64,000 nt of DNA from Phoronis australis (taxonomy: Eukaryota > Animalia > Phoronida): positions 1,018,005 to 1,082,004 of the forward strand of contig NMRA01000057.1 of NCBI GenBank assembly GCA_002633005.1, given 5' to 3'. Position 1 is the first letter of the stretch. Each line of letters begins with the position of its first letter. This document shows positions 25,969 through 39,185 of the stretch, piece by piece. A program made the translations under genes and the position numbers. Under the pieces are notes generated by a model that saw nothing but the letters and a program-made list of their open reading frames with translations, ran no database searches and was not told where the DNA came from.

Positions 25969-27521
25969 CTGAAAAAGCAAGAGAATTCGCCTTCATAAAT
26001 TAAACTCTTTGGCAAAATCATCACCATGCGCACAAGACTGAGGACAGGTGTAAGTTACCCCATGTCCAGTTCCCAAACATTTTCTGAAATCCAGAGCCAA
26101 ACAACTCAGTAGAACAGTGTGGACGTAACATACAACCAGTTAGGGTAAAGACATGCGGCATTATTGCAAGTGTACAGACAGCCCGGACGCACCTTCACTC
26201 TGTAAAACAATGTCCACATAACAAGAGGAAGAAAACAAATACCAAAGGCTCACCAGAATTAACAATAAATAAGACAGTAAAAATTACACAGGCACTCACC
26301 AGTAATACAACCAATAACTCACATTGCACATTCACAAACCAACCTGGTCCAACACAAAAGGTCACTCAACCAGCAATGGTTACATACATAGGATTATATG
26401 CACATGGGGTTACTTATGCATAATACAGTGAACCAGCAACCAACATGACTGAGGACCAAGACAAATTACCATGCAACCACCCTCCCACTGATCTGCACAT
26501 TGGTCTAATTACTATACAGTAAAGGCTATGGTCACACAAGCCCAGACACAGCTGGGTTTATCATAAATCACAGGACAGGTCATTTACTAAAACAGATGAT
26601 CAAGATCAATGCAAATTTTATCAGAGTCTTTTTCACAAGTTCTTGATTCACCAGAGTCTTCATACAGGAAATACAGGCGACTAAACAACGGAATGATATA
26701 GGACTGTATCCTTAAAATTACAGCTTGCCCATTCGGGTTACTTCATGTACGGCGCTGCTGTCATTTTTCGAATGCACTATGTGATGTTTGCTACTTGAGT
26801 GTACCAGAAAGAAAAGCATGGATCAATCACAAGACACCTTCTGGTGTAAGGCTATGTAACCATCACACCAGAGTAAAATATGTAGAACCAGGGCCCAGAT
26901 TGCAATGAAACCATTAACACTTAGGATTCTCCAGCTATGCCTCAATCAGATCACAATGAAGTAAAATCTCACCACCCATACTGCAAATCTGGTTCATATC
27001 AGGAAGTTATCTGAGATGTCATTGGAAATTTACGATTTAACAACCATCCCACAATGCATTTGTTTACTGCATTCGTAAAACCACAGTAATGCCACAGATG
27101 AAATCTCCTGGAATGAGTCTATTAATCTGTCACCAAAGATCAATTCTCTTCAAAATAGGCCCATTCGTGCATGTCTTTATTTTGAAGATTTTCCCCGAAA
27201 TCTCTAACGTTTAGTGCATAAAAATTGTTTCTTTTAATCACAAACTGCACTGAAAAAAGACACCAAATAAACTTATTCTGTAATAAATCTGCAGAAAAGA
27301 CCAACGTGAATGAGCCAGTTAGAGAATTTCACAGAAACTACCCATCCAGGACAAACTGTGGGTCTCAGCTGTGAAAATATCCCATCAGCTTCCTTCTGTT
27401 TGCTTTTCATTATGATCAATCTACTGACCTGATACACTTAACATAACGACAAAATCTGCTAATCATCAAGTCTCATCATTCAGAGCTTGTTCACACAGAC
27501 AAGCACACACGGATAGAATAC

Positions 27522-27572
27522 CTGCGAGGGGTGTCTATGATTTCCATGCGTTCAAGCAAGTCCTCGTCTTTT
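27522..27572 (-). CDS. Symmetric cassette exon (R)KDEDLLERMEIIDTPR
   Basis: ctttcag| acceptor and AG|gtattc donor, 51 bp, phase 2-2, open frame. Confidence 0.65.
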
Positions 27573-28616
27573 CTGAAAGGGCATGCGTTTGGCAAGGTTA
27601 GATGGTGTACCAAAGGAATGTCATTATCAAAGTCAGTGAAGTACGCCCAACAGCCAAGCCAATTGACATTATAACAGAAGTGGTGAAAGTTGTATTTTAA
27701 ATGTCATTAAATGGCATGGCAAAACTAATCATAAAGGCAGTATCTCTAACTTGGCGAAATAATTCAACAATGGACGTCAAACATGGCATTTCTAGACAGT
27801 TTATCCCTCTCATTTTCAACTTATCTAGGACAGCGATTATAAGTTCTTACACACAAAAAAATCCATTGAATTTAACATAACTTCTTGTCCGTGTCCACTA
27901 ACAGACATGCTTACGGTAAAAATATTCTGAATGGGGACAGTTGAAAAATTATTTTGCTCAAGGTCAAAATTAGTCCCAAGCAATATTGGTTGTCCCAAAT
28001 TCAAGAATCGTCATAAAGACAGCACTCTGTTGATTGAAAACACATCGTCACAAATTTGAGAAAAACGACAATGCCAAAATCACCCTAAAAGTCCCAGATT
28101 CCAGAATAAATAAAACTCAATTTTTGCCGGGACTGTTCCATTAGTCTCAAATTCTACAGACTGTCCCAAATTGGATAATTTTTACCAAAGTGCCCGTTAG
28201 TTTGCATTTAATGGCTTCACATTTAGCTGCAAAATGGCAAACGTATGGGAATAGAATTGATGAAAATACAGAATTGATAACCAATACAAAATGACACACC
28301 TCACACAAAAGTAACAAAAAAGGATGACAATTGTTACCTAGGCAACGGCAACACAACTATAAGCAGTTCAACAGAAACTGTGAAGTGCAGAACAAAGGTC
28401 GAGATACCGAAAGAAAACCAAAAAACGGGCCAACCCACACGAAACACCAAAGGGAAATATTTCTTTTTTGCATAGTGACTCCAAACGTTCTATCACGATT
28501 CATTTTCAAATTTTGCCATAACTACTGCAAACGATAAGTTTCAGAACAGTAGAAATCAAGAGAACATCGAGATCACAAAAAATCAGTCAAAAACCTAGAC
28601 CACTTCACGCAATTAC

Positions 28617-28715
28617 CTCCAGTGGAGTTTACTTAACATCTCTGTAGCTTTAGCCAGAGACGACAAGTCTGGCGTAGACATAGCTCTACGCGATTTCACT
28701 AGGGGTTGCCCCACG
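28617..28715 (-). CDS. Symmetric cassette exon (S)VGQPLVKSRRAMSTPDLSSLAKATEMLSKLHW
   Basis: ctaattattttgtag| acceptor and AG|gtaatt donor, 99 bp, phase 2-2. Confidence 0.72.
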
Positions 28716-29819
28716 CTACAAAATAATTAGTGTGATGCAAGTCATTTTTCTGCACAGTGTCGATAAAAACTGTCTTCTCCTAAAATATGGATGGTTGGAC
28801 AATAGTCTGCACACACGAACCTTGAAAAGAACAAAACGAAGATGTGCAAATCATGTGTTCACAAGAACCGTTAATAAAGAAAAACTGTTTTGCACAAAGC
28901 AGGCATTCTTATGAAAAGCTATGTGTTTCTAATACACAAGTCCTTCAATATCAAGATGCTATGTCTCATTAAAACTGTGAATATTTAAATTTGTAGCAAG
29001 CACCACCTAGTGACTTCCTGGAGAACTGTGCGTACACGTATAATCAGGAAAAGAAACAATTCGTAAATAAATTACGGTTTCAAAGAAAACGCCACAACCG
29101 ATACAATTAAAAATAAGTGTGAACACATCAAAAAACCTTAATAATTCAAAATATCACGAAATCGATATTTGATGGTGACATACACAAATACTAAAAACTG
29201 TGTCTTGCATCATAAAGTAACAATGAAATATTAACACTCATTTACAAAAAATAGTTTAGTAAAACTAGACTTTTAACATAATGTAATGGCAACTGGTTCT
29301 CAGGTGGTTACAGGCACATTTGAGGACCCCGGGGTTGTTAGTTAATTAGTACTTTATTTGCATAATCACAATTTAATGAGACTACACATCTTTAAATTTC
29401 TTTCTTTCAGCCTCACAAGCACACACATAGAGATCACGAAAAACCCATTTGATGTTTTTACACCCACAATTCAACTCTGTTAGCTGGATTTCTGCCTCGA
29501 CATATATATGGCAGCCAGCAAAGCAGAAGTAGTATTCTTCAGTCAAACCAAAATGGCCATTACTTCACGAGGCCCAAATGTCCAGAACACATGGCACGAC
29601 TATCACACACACTATCCATTTAAAACAATAGTGAGAACTTGGCAAGATATTCCAGCAGTCGTCAGTGACCACAGAAAATTCCTAAACGGACTACAACACC
29701 ATATATAGCGCTGCGACACAGACATACGCATGCACACACATAGACTCTCCTGACACAATCTCTCCAGAAACAGCACAAATACTATCCAGACACCAAGTAT
29801 ACAAATCGGACAAACATAC

Positions 29820-29914
29820 TTCAACAATCTGCGCCTCAAAACCTTAATCCTGCGCCCGGTGATTGAAAACCTGATATCCTTCCAAGTCGCGTTTCCGTCA
29901 GGACCCGGCACCAT
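29820..29914 (-). CDS. Candidate alternative first coding exon MVPGPDGNATWKDIRFSITGRRIKVLRRRLL
   Basis: ATG preceded by an in-frame stop; the AA|gtatgt donor is phase 2, matching the downstream exons. Confidence 0.4.
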
Positions 29915-30766
29915 AGCACAGAACGCAAAAGCAGACGACCGATATTACACAGCTACAGTCTTCAACACAACACCTGACTCAACTGGTAATGAGCACACTA
30001 TCATAGACAGGCTGGCTATTTTGAGACAACTGTATCTATATGATTGTGAAACAGGAACATAGGCCATGTGTATTAGTATGCAGCAGAGACAAAACTAACG
30101 TATGAGATCAGGTAAACATGAATTACAAGAATGTTAGTCTGCTGGAAGAAATTAGATCACCAGTAAAAAAGACTGAGGCCTGGAACTTGGAAAGTCCAGA
30201 GAACCATACGCGTGTCAGGTGGAGACGTGGGATGGGGGGAACTGCCCCCAGATTTGGGAAAATCATGAAAGTATGTTTACTTTAAGGAAACTTTCAGGCA
30301 AAACTATCCTTTGTCATACTCCAAACAACAAAGTCAAAATAAGCTTATGCTGGTAACTTTATACTGCTTGTAAACTGTATATCCAGTATTGGCTACAAGC
30401 ATTCAAACAGCAAGTGCACTTGTTGCTAAGCAATGGCAAATGTTCCAAGAATCTTTGGTAGCAAGAAAATTGAATATTTCAGAGCATGAGGCATATGGAA
30501 TTTGAAACTAACATGCTAGGAGCACGCACTCAACAAGAAATGTCAATACAAAAAAGGCATAGCTGCATTGCCAATCTTACACTCAAATTTTATTTTGAAG
30601 TTGATCGTCGAAATTACTTGCAGGAAGTGACAAAGCGAATGATACATGTGATGCATACTTGGTATTGCACAATAACTCAGTGGTAACTGCAATACCATAG
30701 AACATCATGCTGTAGCTAGCATGTAACCACTGAATTACACACTTAAAACATACTATAATGAATGTT

Positions 30767-31170
30767 CCAGGCCTGAGGTTTAATCTTTTTACCGATATCG
30801 AGCTTGAAATCATTTTTGGCATTTTCTACAACTCAACTTTCATGCCTAATTAGGATAAATGTCTGTCATTCTAAGCTGCAGTACATAAGGCTTACATGGA
30901 CAACTGTCTAATCCTAGTTTGCACTTAATGACCACAACAGGCAAAAATTTTGGGTCTAAACTTTAAATTTCGAGTTTATACTCAAATTTTCAAGTCTTTA
31001 CTAGATTTTTGAGCCCAAATCTACCATTCATCAAACGCAAACTAGGACAAAAAACTCATTTGCTTAAACCATAATGTACTTGAACAGTTATCTTTAGATC
31101 GGACAAAAGTAGATCGGAAATGCCAAGTAAAATTTCAAGTTCGATTTCAAGTAGAAAGATTACGCCCTGG
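30767..31170. mobile_element. Diverged relative of the 4112-4512 MITE
   Basis: Shares aatctttt..tttggcattttctac at the left end and ttcgatttcaagta.aaagatt at the right end. Confidence 0.55.
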
Positions 31171-31902
31171 CACCAACTGGTGTTAAAGCATCAACTTTTT
31201 CACGTGTCTTTTCTCTTTTCCAAACCAACGTCATCATGCCCTTCTCCTTATTTGAAAACAAAATTGTGATACAATGTCTCCACTGGAATTCCCAGATGGC
31301 CGTACTACCTTGGTGACTGAAATCGACCAATAACGACAATCATCACCTCAGACCACGGTAGCGTTCAGTGGCTGTCTCGCGGCTTGAAAAATCTATCCGG
31401 AGTTGCATGGTCATTTAAAATGCACGGTAATATCTGCAGTAATCTCGCAAAGTCTTGCGTTGCTGGTGAGGTCCTAGCGTTATTGAACTCTATGCTGGTG
31501 TGAAGGAATAAGGACCAATTGGTTCTGAACTTAAAGATCATTTATCAAAAGTAAGTAGGTTGGTCTCTAAGAGAAGACTCGGGTTCATTGAAGTTGCAAC
31601 CATGTCATTACGGTAACTCTTCAGCTATTTAGCACACAACATGGCATACAAGAGAAATTTCACTTTGTAAAAGTTCTCAACTTTAAAACTAAGGTACAAT
31701 TTAGCCAGTCGTAAGCTTGTCTGCACTATGCAGATGTCATAAAACAACATTTGATTAAGTTTCCATTATTTACAGCAACGTCATCAGTATTTAAAAATAA
31801 AAATTTGTCCATTGTGTGCAAAATAACCAAAAAATCATCTTAGCCACATCACCTTGACAACACACACTCCCTCCGGTTGTAACCAGTCCAGTTTGTACTA
31901 AC

Positions 31903-32125
31903 CTAGATGAACTCTCCACAGGTGCCTCTTGCGCTGGCTTGTTACGGGGTGGTCGTACACGAGGCTCTTTCCTCTCAACAGCGCCACCTGCAGCTCGATT
32001 TTGCTGAGCTTCCTGTTCTTTTTGCAGTTCAAAGCGCGACTTAAGACTGCCTAGTTTGGGACAGTTGTCCAAACCGTCGTCCACCTTGTCATCGCCTGCA
32101 ACATCAGAGTCAGACGAGTCGTGCT
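31903..32125 (-). CDS. Exon (E)HDSSDSDVAGDDKVDDGLDNCPKLGSLKSRFELQKEQEAQQ...PVESS
   Basis: gacgcag| acceptor (first AG after a distal pyrimidine tract) and AG|gttagt donor, 223 bp, phase 1-2. Confidence 0.82.
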
Positions 32126-34829
32126 CTGCGTCCGTGTGGTCGTTTCCAGTGCAGTGAGTGACCATACAAGTGACCACGAAGTGACCAGTGAAGAGACCAG
32201 TGTATCACCGACAGCCAACCAAAGATGAAGAGAGAAGTGAAGAGAGAGAGAGAAAGAGAAAACACATATTAGTTCAAACACACACCACGCCGAAAAACAT
32301 AGAATCATCAGAGCATTAGAGGTACTAAAATCTCATAAGCAGTTTTTTAATATCAGCCGTACACGTCATGAGAATGTACAACATGGACCGGCAGAAACAA
32401 GAAACTTCGGCCAAAAACACGTCCCGAATGCCAACACCGCTCACAGAATTGTAACTCAGATCGTAAAATTTTATGCTCGACCGATTCTTGCTCAGAGCCC
32501 TTTTCTCAATTTTCATGAGTGTTTTGAGAACTACATTGGTGTGACTATGTCCCAGTGAACAAATTCTTGCTGTCCGTGAACATGTGGTAAATCAAATAGA
32601 CCCATTTCTGAACCATGTACTTATTGCTTTCTACTCCAGCACAGCAAATCTTGACCCCAGTGCCAAAATCCAGCCAGAAATCGAACCATTTTTACAGGGT
32701 GTGTCAACTCCTCATGAAACATAATGAATGACCTGATGTGTTCACTTGAATATTGTAATCACCCAGCATGGCCACCATCTTGCATTTTGCATAATGTCAT
32801 GTAATTAAGGTTTGTTCGGTGAGTCATAACAGACCTATTGCAGAGGAGTCAACACGGATATGAACTGGACAACAGTGAAAATGATGGGAGTGTATTCACA
32901 AGAAAGAATCAGTTTTTGCTTAAACCAGCAAGCAGGTACGGTACTCACGCCAATAGTACCAGTTATACAAATTAAGGTCTTGTGTCCATGTCTCAAGCAT
33001 CCTTTCAATGCATCAGGGTGCAATACAAAATGCATTAATAGGGATGAAGTACCTCTAATACAATATAAACATTGTGAATTCATAGACATCAACCACTGAG
33101 AGTGTAATAAAGAGAACCTATATTTGATTAATGACGAGAGACAGATTTTAATAGACAACACAAAAAGGCATTATAGTTAATTTAAGGTTAAAAATCACTA
33201 TTCAGGTAAAACAATTACCAGTAATCAATCGTCAGGGCCATTTCTTCCCATAATTAAAAACTGAGTGGCCATCCAATCACTGTACAGTAGTGATACAGTA
33301 TGAACGCTAAACGGCTGGCAAAAATGATCCAGAATTCACCGAAAACAGAGGAGCCAAATTACCGGACATTTTCATGGCAGAAGGAATGACAGAAAGATGA
33401 TGCTTCAGCCAAACAGACGTGCCATTCGTGCAGGGTCATTTTTTGCTATCAGTTATTTCATTGTTTCTTCAACACCAAAATCGCTGCTAAAGTAACTGTG
33501 TGTATACACCGTCACTCACTCTAGTAAACTGATTAGTGCAAAGCTAAACTAAAGCCTCTATGCTGTGAGCGTGTGTTTCCTTGAAGTAAGCGTATTGGCT
33601 AGGAAAGTGCTGCCAAAAATGCCAGCAGTTATGTGGTCATTCAACTGAAACCATCACCAAAGCCCCAGCTGGACTGACCTTCGCAGTCATTCACATTACT
33701 GGCGATTTTGCTATTATCGACAGATCTAGCGAAATCAGGCAGAATGATGCAGTTTGCTGAAGAGGGGAATATTTCAATGCACTTTGTCACTAGCTTAATC
33801 TAGTTCGGGTGTATTTTGCACGTAGTCTACTTGTAGATTTACTTTAGTACAATTGGGGCCAACATAATATTCTGCCATTTAAGTTTTTGAGCCATCACAA
33901 GTTAACGAAGAGAAAATATCTATGCTTGAAAAAATCAGCACTTCAATTACAAAAACAAAAGCATTATCAGCAGGAAAATGTTGGCCATTAACTTAGCATA
34001 ACTAGTGAATGTGGGCGTTATCAAGCTATAAAGCTTCCGCCTGACACTTTTTACATACTCAGCACAATCAGCAAGGGAAATGGTTCAAACATGAAAAATT
34101 CCACTTGCGTCCAATGATATTGTTAAACATTAGAGTCGACAGCATCATTGTCCACTGCTGTCTTTTATTTTGCATGCCACTTTATCAACATTGCAATGCA
34201 GCAATTACATGTTATTTAGAATCCTAAAATTAATTGCAATTAATTCTTCCCATGAGGTCGTCCATTTACTTGGCCATATTTATGATTTATGGTTAGCTCT
34301 GGGGTCAGTTAAGAGTTAGTCCCTAAAGCAAATATGTACTTGATTTTGACTTAAGTTAAATAAAAGAGCAATTTTATAGCAACAAATGTTTCACTAGACG
34401 GACAAATAATTCCCTCAAGAAGTTTGCACAAGTTTCATACAGTCAAAGTCCATCTAGTTTATTTTGAAAACTACAGCAAAAATCTCACCCATTTTGTACA
34501 AAATCTATGTACGTGGGAAAAGCAAAATTGCCCAAGGCCTCTGTCGAGTCAAATTGATGTGATAATCTTCTAAATAAAACTGATTCTAAAAGCTCAGAAA
34601 ATGTAATAAAAACTGCCAAGTGCCATCGCAGTTGTAAACAAGTTGGTAATTACTCCTCAAACTTAACTGAAAAATAAATAAACAGAGATCTAGTTGGACA
34701 TTCTTTCACAACTTTCTCCATTTTTATGTGAAAGCCTTCGTTCATTTTCTTTGAAACCTAAAGCAGTCCTTAGAAAATTGAATACAAAGACCTCAATTCC
34801 AGCCACTGCCCATAGGGGGCCTCCCACGG

Positions 34830-34839
34830 CTATATTTAG
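34830..34839. promoter_or_regulatory. MEF2 consensus site (intronic)
   Basis: ctatatttag fits CTA(A/T)4TAG. A single match could be chance. Confidence 0.25.
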
Positions 34840-36216
34840 AGCATAGCCCATTCCAGGAGGTGGTTAAGTAGGCTGATACATCACACACCCACACATATAC
34901 ACCTTCACTTGAACCCAGTCTTGGTATGAATGCTATTCCACTAGGGACTGACGCTTGCCAGAGATCTGCTGATCATTACAGTACTTAAGCAATAGATTTA
35001 GTAATAATAAATACACACTAGAAAATGACCCCAGTCTTTGTATATTACCAATGGCACTTGTTTGGGGGTGGATCCTATAATCCTTAATTTAACTAAAATT
35101 GTTCAAAATCTGAGGCATTCATTCTACACTTATGGCATACAGAACAGCTTTGCCATTAAATTCTGAAACATCTTGTCAAAATAATAAAGGTTTAACCAAC
35201 AAGTATATTGTCATAGATATCCCAGTATATTCTTAACCTTTACTTTTGCCTGGAGTATTGACAACTAAAAATTATTCTTTCCCATCATAATACGAATTAA
35301 ACAGCTGTTTTAGAATCTACTAAACAAGGTACCCACAGGTTTTACTTGGACACGCAAAAAATCTTTGCATCATTCATTTAATAAATATATTTCAAGCTGC
35401 ACATGCTTTTACACGGTCGGTGTTATTAGTCCAGCAAGTTGCTGCACAACATATGTATACCGCAGTTCTAAAATTTCACCCACATATCTTTGCCGCCTCT
35501 ATTTTCTTTTCAGTGGCACCTGACCGCGCAATATCCCCTTATTGCCACGTGACATGGTTATTGCACGGCTGCATCAAGACGTTAGGTAGTACAAAGTCTA
35601 TGGAACCTTTTCCAGGCGTTTTTCTAGTCAGTGCCGACACAGATCACGTGACAGATTAATAGCAGTTAACACCTATAAACCAAACAGCAAGTCTGTCCGT
35701 AAATCAACTAGAGTACACCTGATAAGTCTGTTAGCAAATAAGGTAGTGAAATCTAGGCAACAAAGAAATTTACACTGAAATGCATAACAGAACAGGAAAC
35801 TCAGACAAACACACACCACAGAAATCTGAAGCATGTTCTTAGCAGTACAGAAAACCCACAGAAAAGTGCCAGAAACCCAATTAGTTCAATCTCACAGTAT
35901 TCGACTTGGATGCGATTCATTGGATGACAAATTGTCAATGCAGACAAATTCTACTTCATATTTACTTCACATTTAAATCCAATACAATTTTTAAGTATAA
36001 ACTTTGACACATAACTAGAAAGTGATTTTATAATAAAATAACTCAAATGTGACTTGAACGCTTCATTTTTTGAACAACTTGGTAATAAATGAAAAACAAA
36101 ATACAGCAGAAAATTTTAAAATTTTTTACGCAAAGCCGTATAACTCACGTAAATCAGATCCAATGCTTATTGACAAAAACATGTGGTCAGGGTAAACAAT
36201 GTAAGGAGGGACTTAC

Positions 36217-36261
36217 CTCTGGCAATGTCTTTTGGCCTCTCTTGAGGGGCAGTCTTGGTCT
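36217..36261 (-). CDS. Symmetric exon (E)TKTAPQERPKDIAR
   Basis: gttttgtag| acceptor and G|gtaagt donor, 45 bp, phase 1-1. Confidence 0.75.
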
Positions 36262-37552
36262 CTACAAAACAACAGGGAAAATGAAACCCAACCCATCAGA
36301 CAAACAAATCCTTCTGGAAAAATTAACATAACTGAGCCATCAGTGATGCTCTCATACCTCAACACCAACTCAAGTACTGGTTGGGAGATAATTCGATTGC
36401 TTGTGCTTGGAGCAAGGGGGGTTCAATGGGAGCAAGTTTTTAGAAATAACCTTTAACACACCAGCCAAGAGGGAGAAGAATTATGTCTTTTTGTCTTCTA
36501 AAATGACTGCAATGAAAATAGCAAACAGTCCAGAGTCTTACTAAACTGCTAGAATAAATATGCAAAGAAATTTGTAAACCCTGCAAATCATTCACATTAT
36601 GTAAACATTCCAGGACTCAGGAATGTTCAGATGGACACTGCTAGCTTGTCCACCCTAGAAATGGACTATCCCAATTTCAGTAGCAGAAGACATGTCTAAT
36701 TTTAGTAGTATGTACCTAGTGACCCCTGGTGAGAAAATCCAAGACACACAGGAGAATGCAGGGTGCCAAACGCAATCAATGAAACCACTGCAGTGCCAGA
36801 AGAAATGTTGCACAAAACGCACAATACAACAAAACACAACAATTTAATACAGAGTCAGAAACATCAACTGCAAACAAGGGTATAACAGTACACTTTGTAC
36901 CAGTATTTTAAATGGATTCCAAACAAAATTTTGACAGGCGAGTATGCATTCAGACATTAGGCTTACAGGACAGCTACTACACAAAACTTTTCACAAATCT
37001 CCGAGTAGTTTCATGAGCAGAAACTGAACGAATTTGAAACTAAACAGAACCTCCGTCGCTGAAATCCCCATCGCTGTTAATTTCTGGCATACAACACAGA
37101 CACTCCATACATGGAACGTGACGATTGTCTCTTATCAGACAGACATACGAGCAGCTGAAGAGGTCTTGCTTGTTTAAATAAAATGCACACGTTTGGCACA
37201 GAAAATACAATATCACAATTCTCAACCCTCATAATTTCATCAATCACACACAGTTTTATTGTTATTGCTATGGTTCCATAATATGTCAGGCTTAAATGAT
37301 ATAAGTGAATAATTCTATCAGCTGATAAAATCTATATTTTTTCATAAATTCACAACAATTCCCTTTTAACAGACATTCCAAAGAATCCTCATTATGTGGT
37401 AGCTTCCAGTTCAGACCCATTTCACAAGTTAGTGAAAAAAACACTAACCATATCCAGACTGCAGCAATCAACTACCCTTTAATCACCACAAACCATTCAA
37501 TGACCCCGCCTCTGGGCAGTCAGTAACCTCTCCCCTTTGACCTTTGACTCAC

Positions 37553-37598
37553 CTCCATGCCAAACTGGGGGCTCAAACAATAGAATGAAATCTGACAT
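37553..37598 (-). CDS. Candidate alternative first coding exon MSDFILLFEPPVWHG
   Basis: ATG plus 15 codons, then a G|gtgagt phase-1 donor. Shares PPVWH with 39075-39111. Confidence 0.6.
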
Positions 37599-39074
37599 AT
37601 CTCAAGCCATTTCTCCGCCGCCTGTCCTACCACCACTTCATGACTACATGAACCACCTGTTCCAACTCACAGGTAGGCAGACAGCATGACACCTGTATTA
37701 CAGATTCTCGATGTATTGATTTTCGTTATTAAAGTTGTTGCCGCTAAATCTTGTTCAACATACGATGATTCACACAAAAATTAACTTCCAGTGAATGACG
37801 GCGATGATAGTGGTTGTCGTGGCACAGCGAGTCACATGATTTAAACGTAGCTGCCCACACAAGTTGTCCAAGGCAGAAAGAACCAGTCAATGTGATACAA
37901 TCCAGCATCTGCTTCCTTCCCCCAGGCAAAGGTGAAAGGTATGGTGGCTGTGAACCCCCTTATCAGTTGGTCTTATCTGACACTTCAGTTGAGCCTCAGA
38001 CATCCAGTATCACTTGACAATCTGGTGATCACAATAGTATCATGACATCCACACAGCTAGTAGTTTTAAAGTTAGATAACACTCCATGCATCCTAGTTGG
38101 CCAGGTGATACAAAGGCAAGTGTCCCATTCTTTGTAAGACTTCCTGCAGGAAACCAGGCCCAGCTGATAGCATCAACTCAGTAAGGCTTCTGAGTCCCCA
38201 CATCAAAAGCAGCCTTTACACCATCCAATGAACCAACGACTTGACACAGCTGGGCCAAAATGGACTGTGATTTTCAGTTGATAGCATGAACACAGCCGAT
38301 TTGTTCCCAAGTACCCACATCATAAGCCGTCACCAATCCATCCACTGCATCGTTGACTTAACAATCTCGATTTACTACACTGTACAGTAATAATCCAACA
38401 CGAATGTCTACTTTTAAAGTCAGTCCACAGTCCACACTTATCACTACGAGGATGCGTTGAAGCAGGAAGTCCTTAACACCACGCACCGCAGATGATATTT
38501 CGCAAACTACTAGACAACAAGGATGGCCACTTCTAATATGGCAACGTCAGACAAACATGAAAGGCAGTGACAAATGAGTGGTAACCATGGTAACGCACAT
38601 ACCCATTTAGAACAAAGATAACGAAGATAAAATCAATCACAAAATGTATGGAAACCTAACAAACAAGAAACAGAGACGTAATATTTCACCAATTTTGGAC
38701 AAAAATAATCGCCAGAATTGACCGGTTTCATTTCTCAAAGGCCAGGCTTATTACAATCTTGTGACTATGTAATGTTGAAAATCACACATTGCAGACAACA
38801 CTAGCACTTCAAGAACTAGTGTGGACCATCCTGTGACTACGGTGCACATAGAAAACGTGACAACTACTAAAAAGGACACAGACAGGCTCATTGTCCATCA
38901 GAGAAGTATTGTAATTATGTGAGCTACAGTGAGGATCTATATGAACAGTTTTCCATAAAATACTAAACCTCAAAGCGTATCAGTGACCTGACTTCCTCAA
39001 AACTTTTAACTTTTACACCTGCAGATCATAGCTCAAGACTACATAACATAAAGGACTAATTTCTTAAATTTTAC

Positions 39075-39111
39075 CTGCGTGCCAGACAGGCGGGAAATGT
39101 TGTTCCAACAT
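39075..39111 (-). CDS. Candidate alternative first (or mutually exclusive) exon MLEQHFPPVWHA
   Basis: ATG plus 12 codons, then a G|gtaaaa phase-1 donor. Shares PPVWH with 37553-37598. Confidence 0.55.
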
Positions 39112-39160
39112 CTTATGCAAAACATCCTACGGTTACACCTGGCACCCCAAAGATCTCCCC

Positions 39161-39185
39161 ACACACACACACACACACAAACACN
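39161..39185. repeat. (CA)n microsatellite ending at a single-N contig join
   Basis: acacac run followed by n. Confidence 0.9.

Noticed and set aside
38603-38655. Possible minus-strand exon (gttag| ... |gtatg)
   Set aside because: In the required phase 1 it hits a TGA stop.
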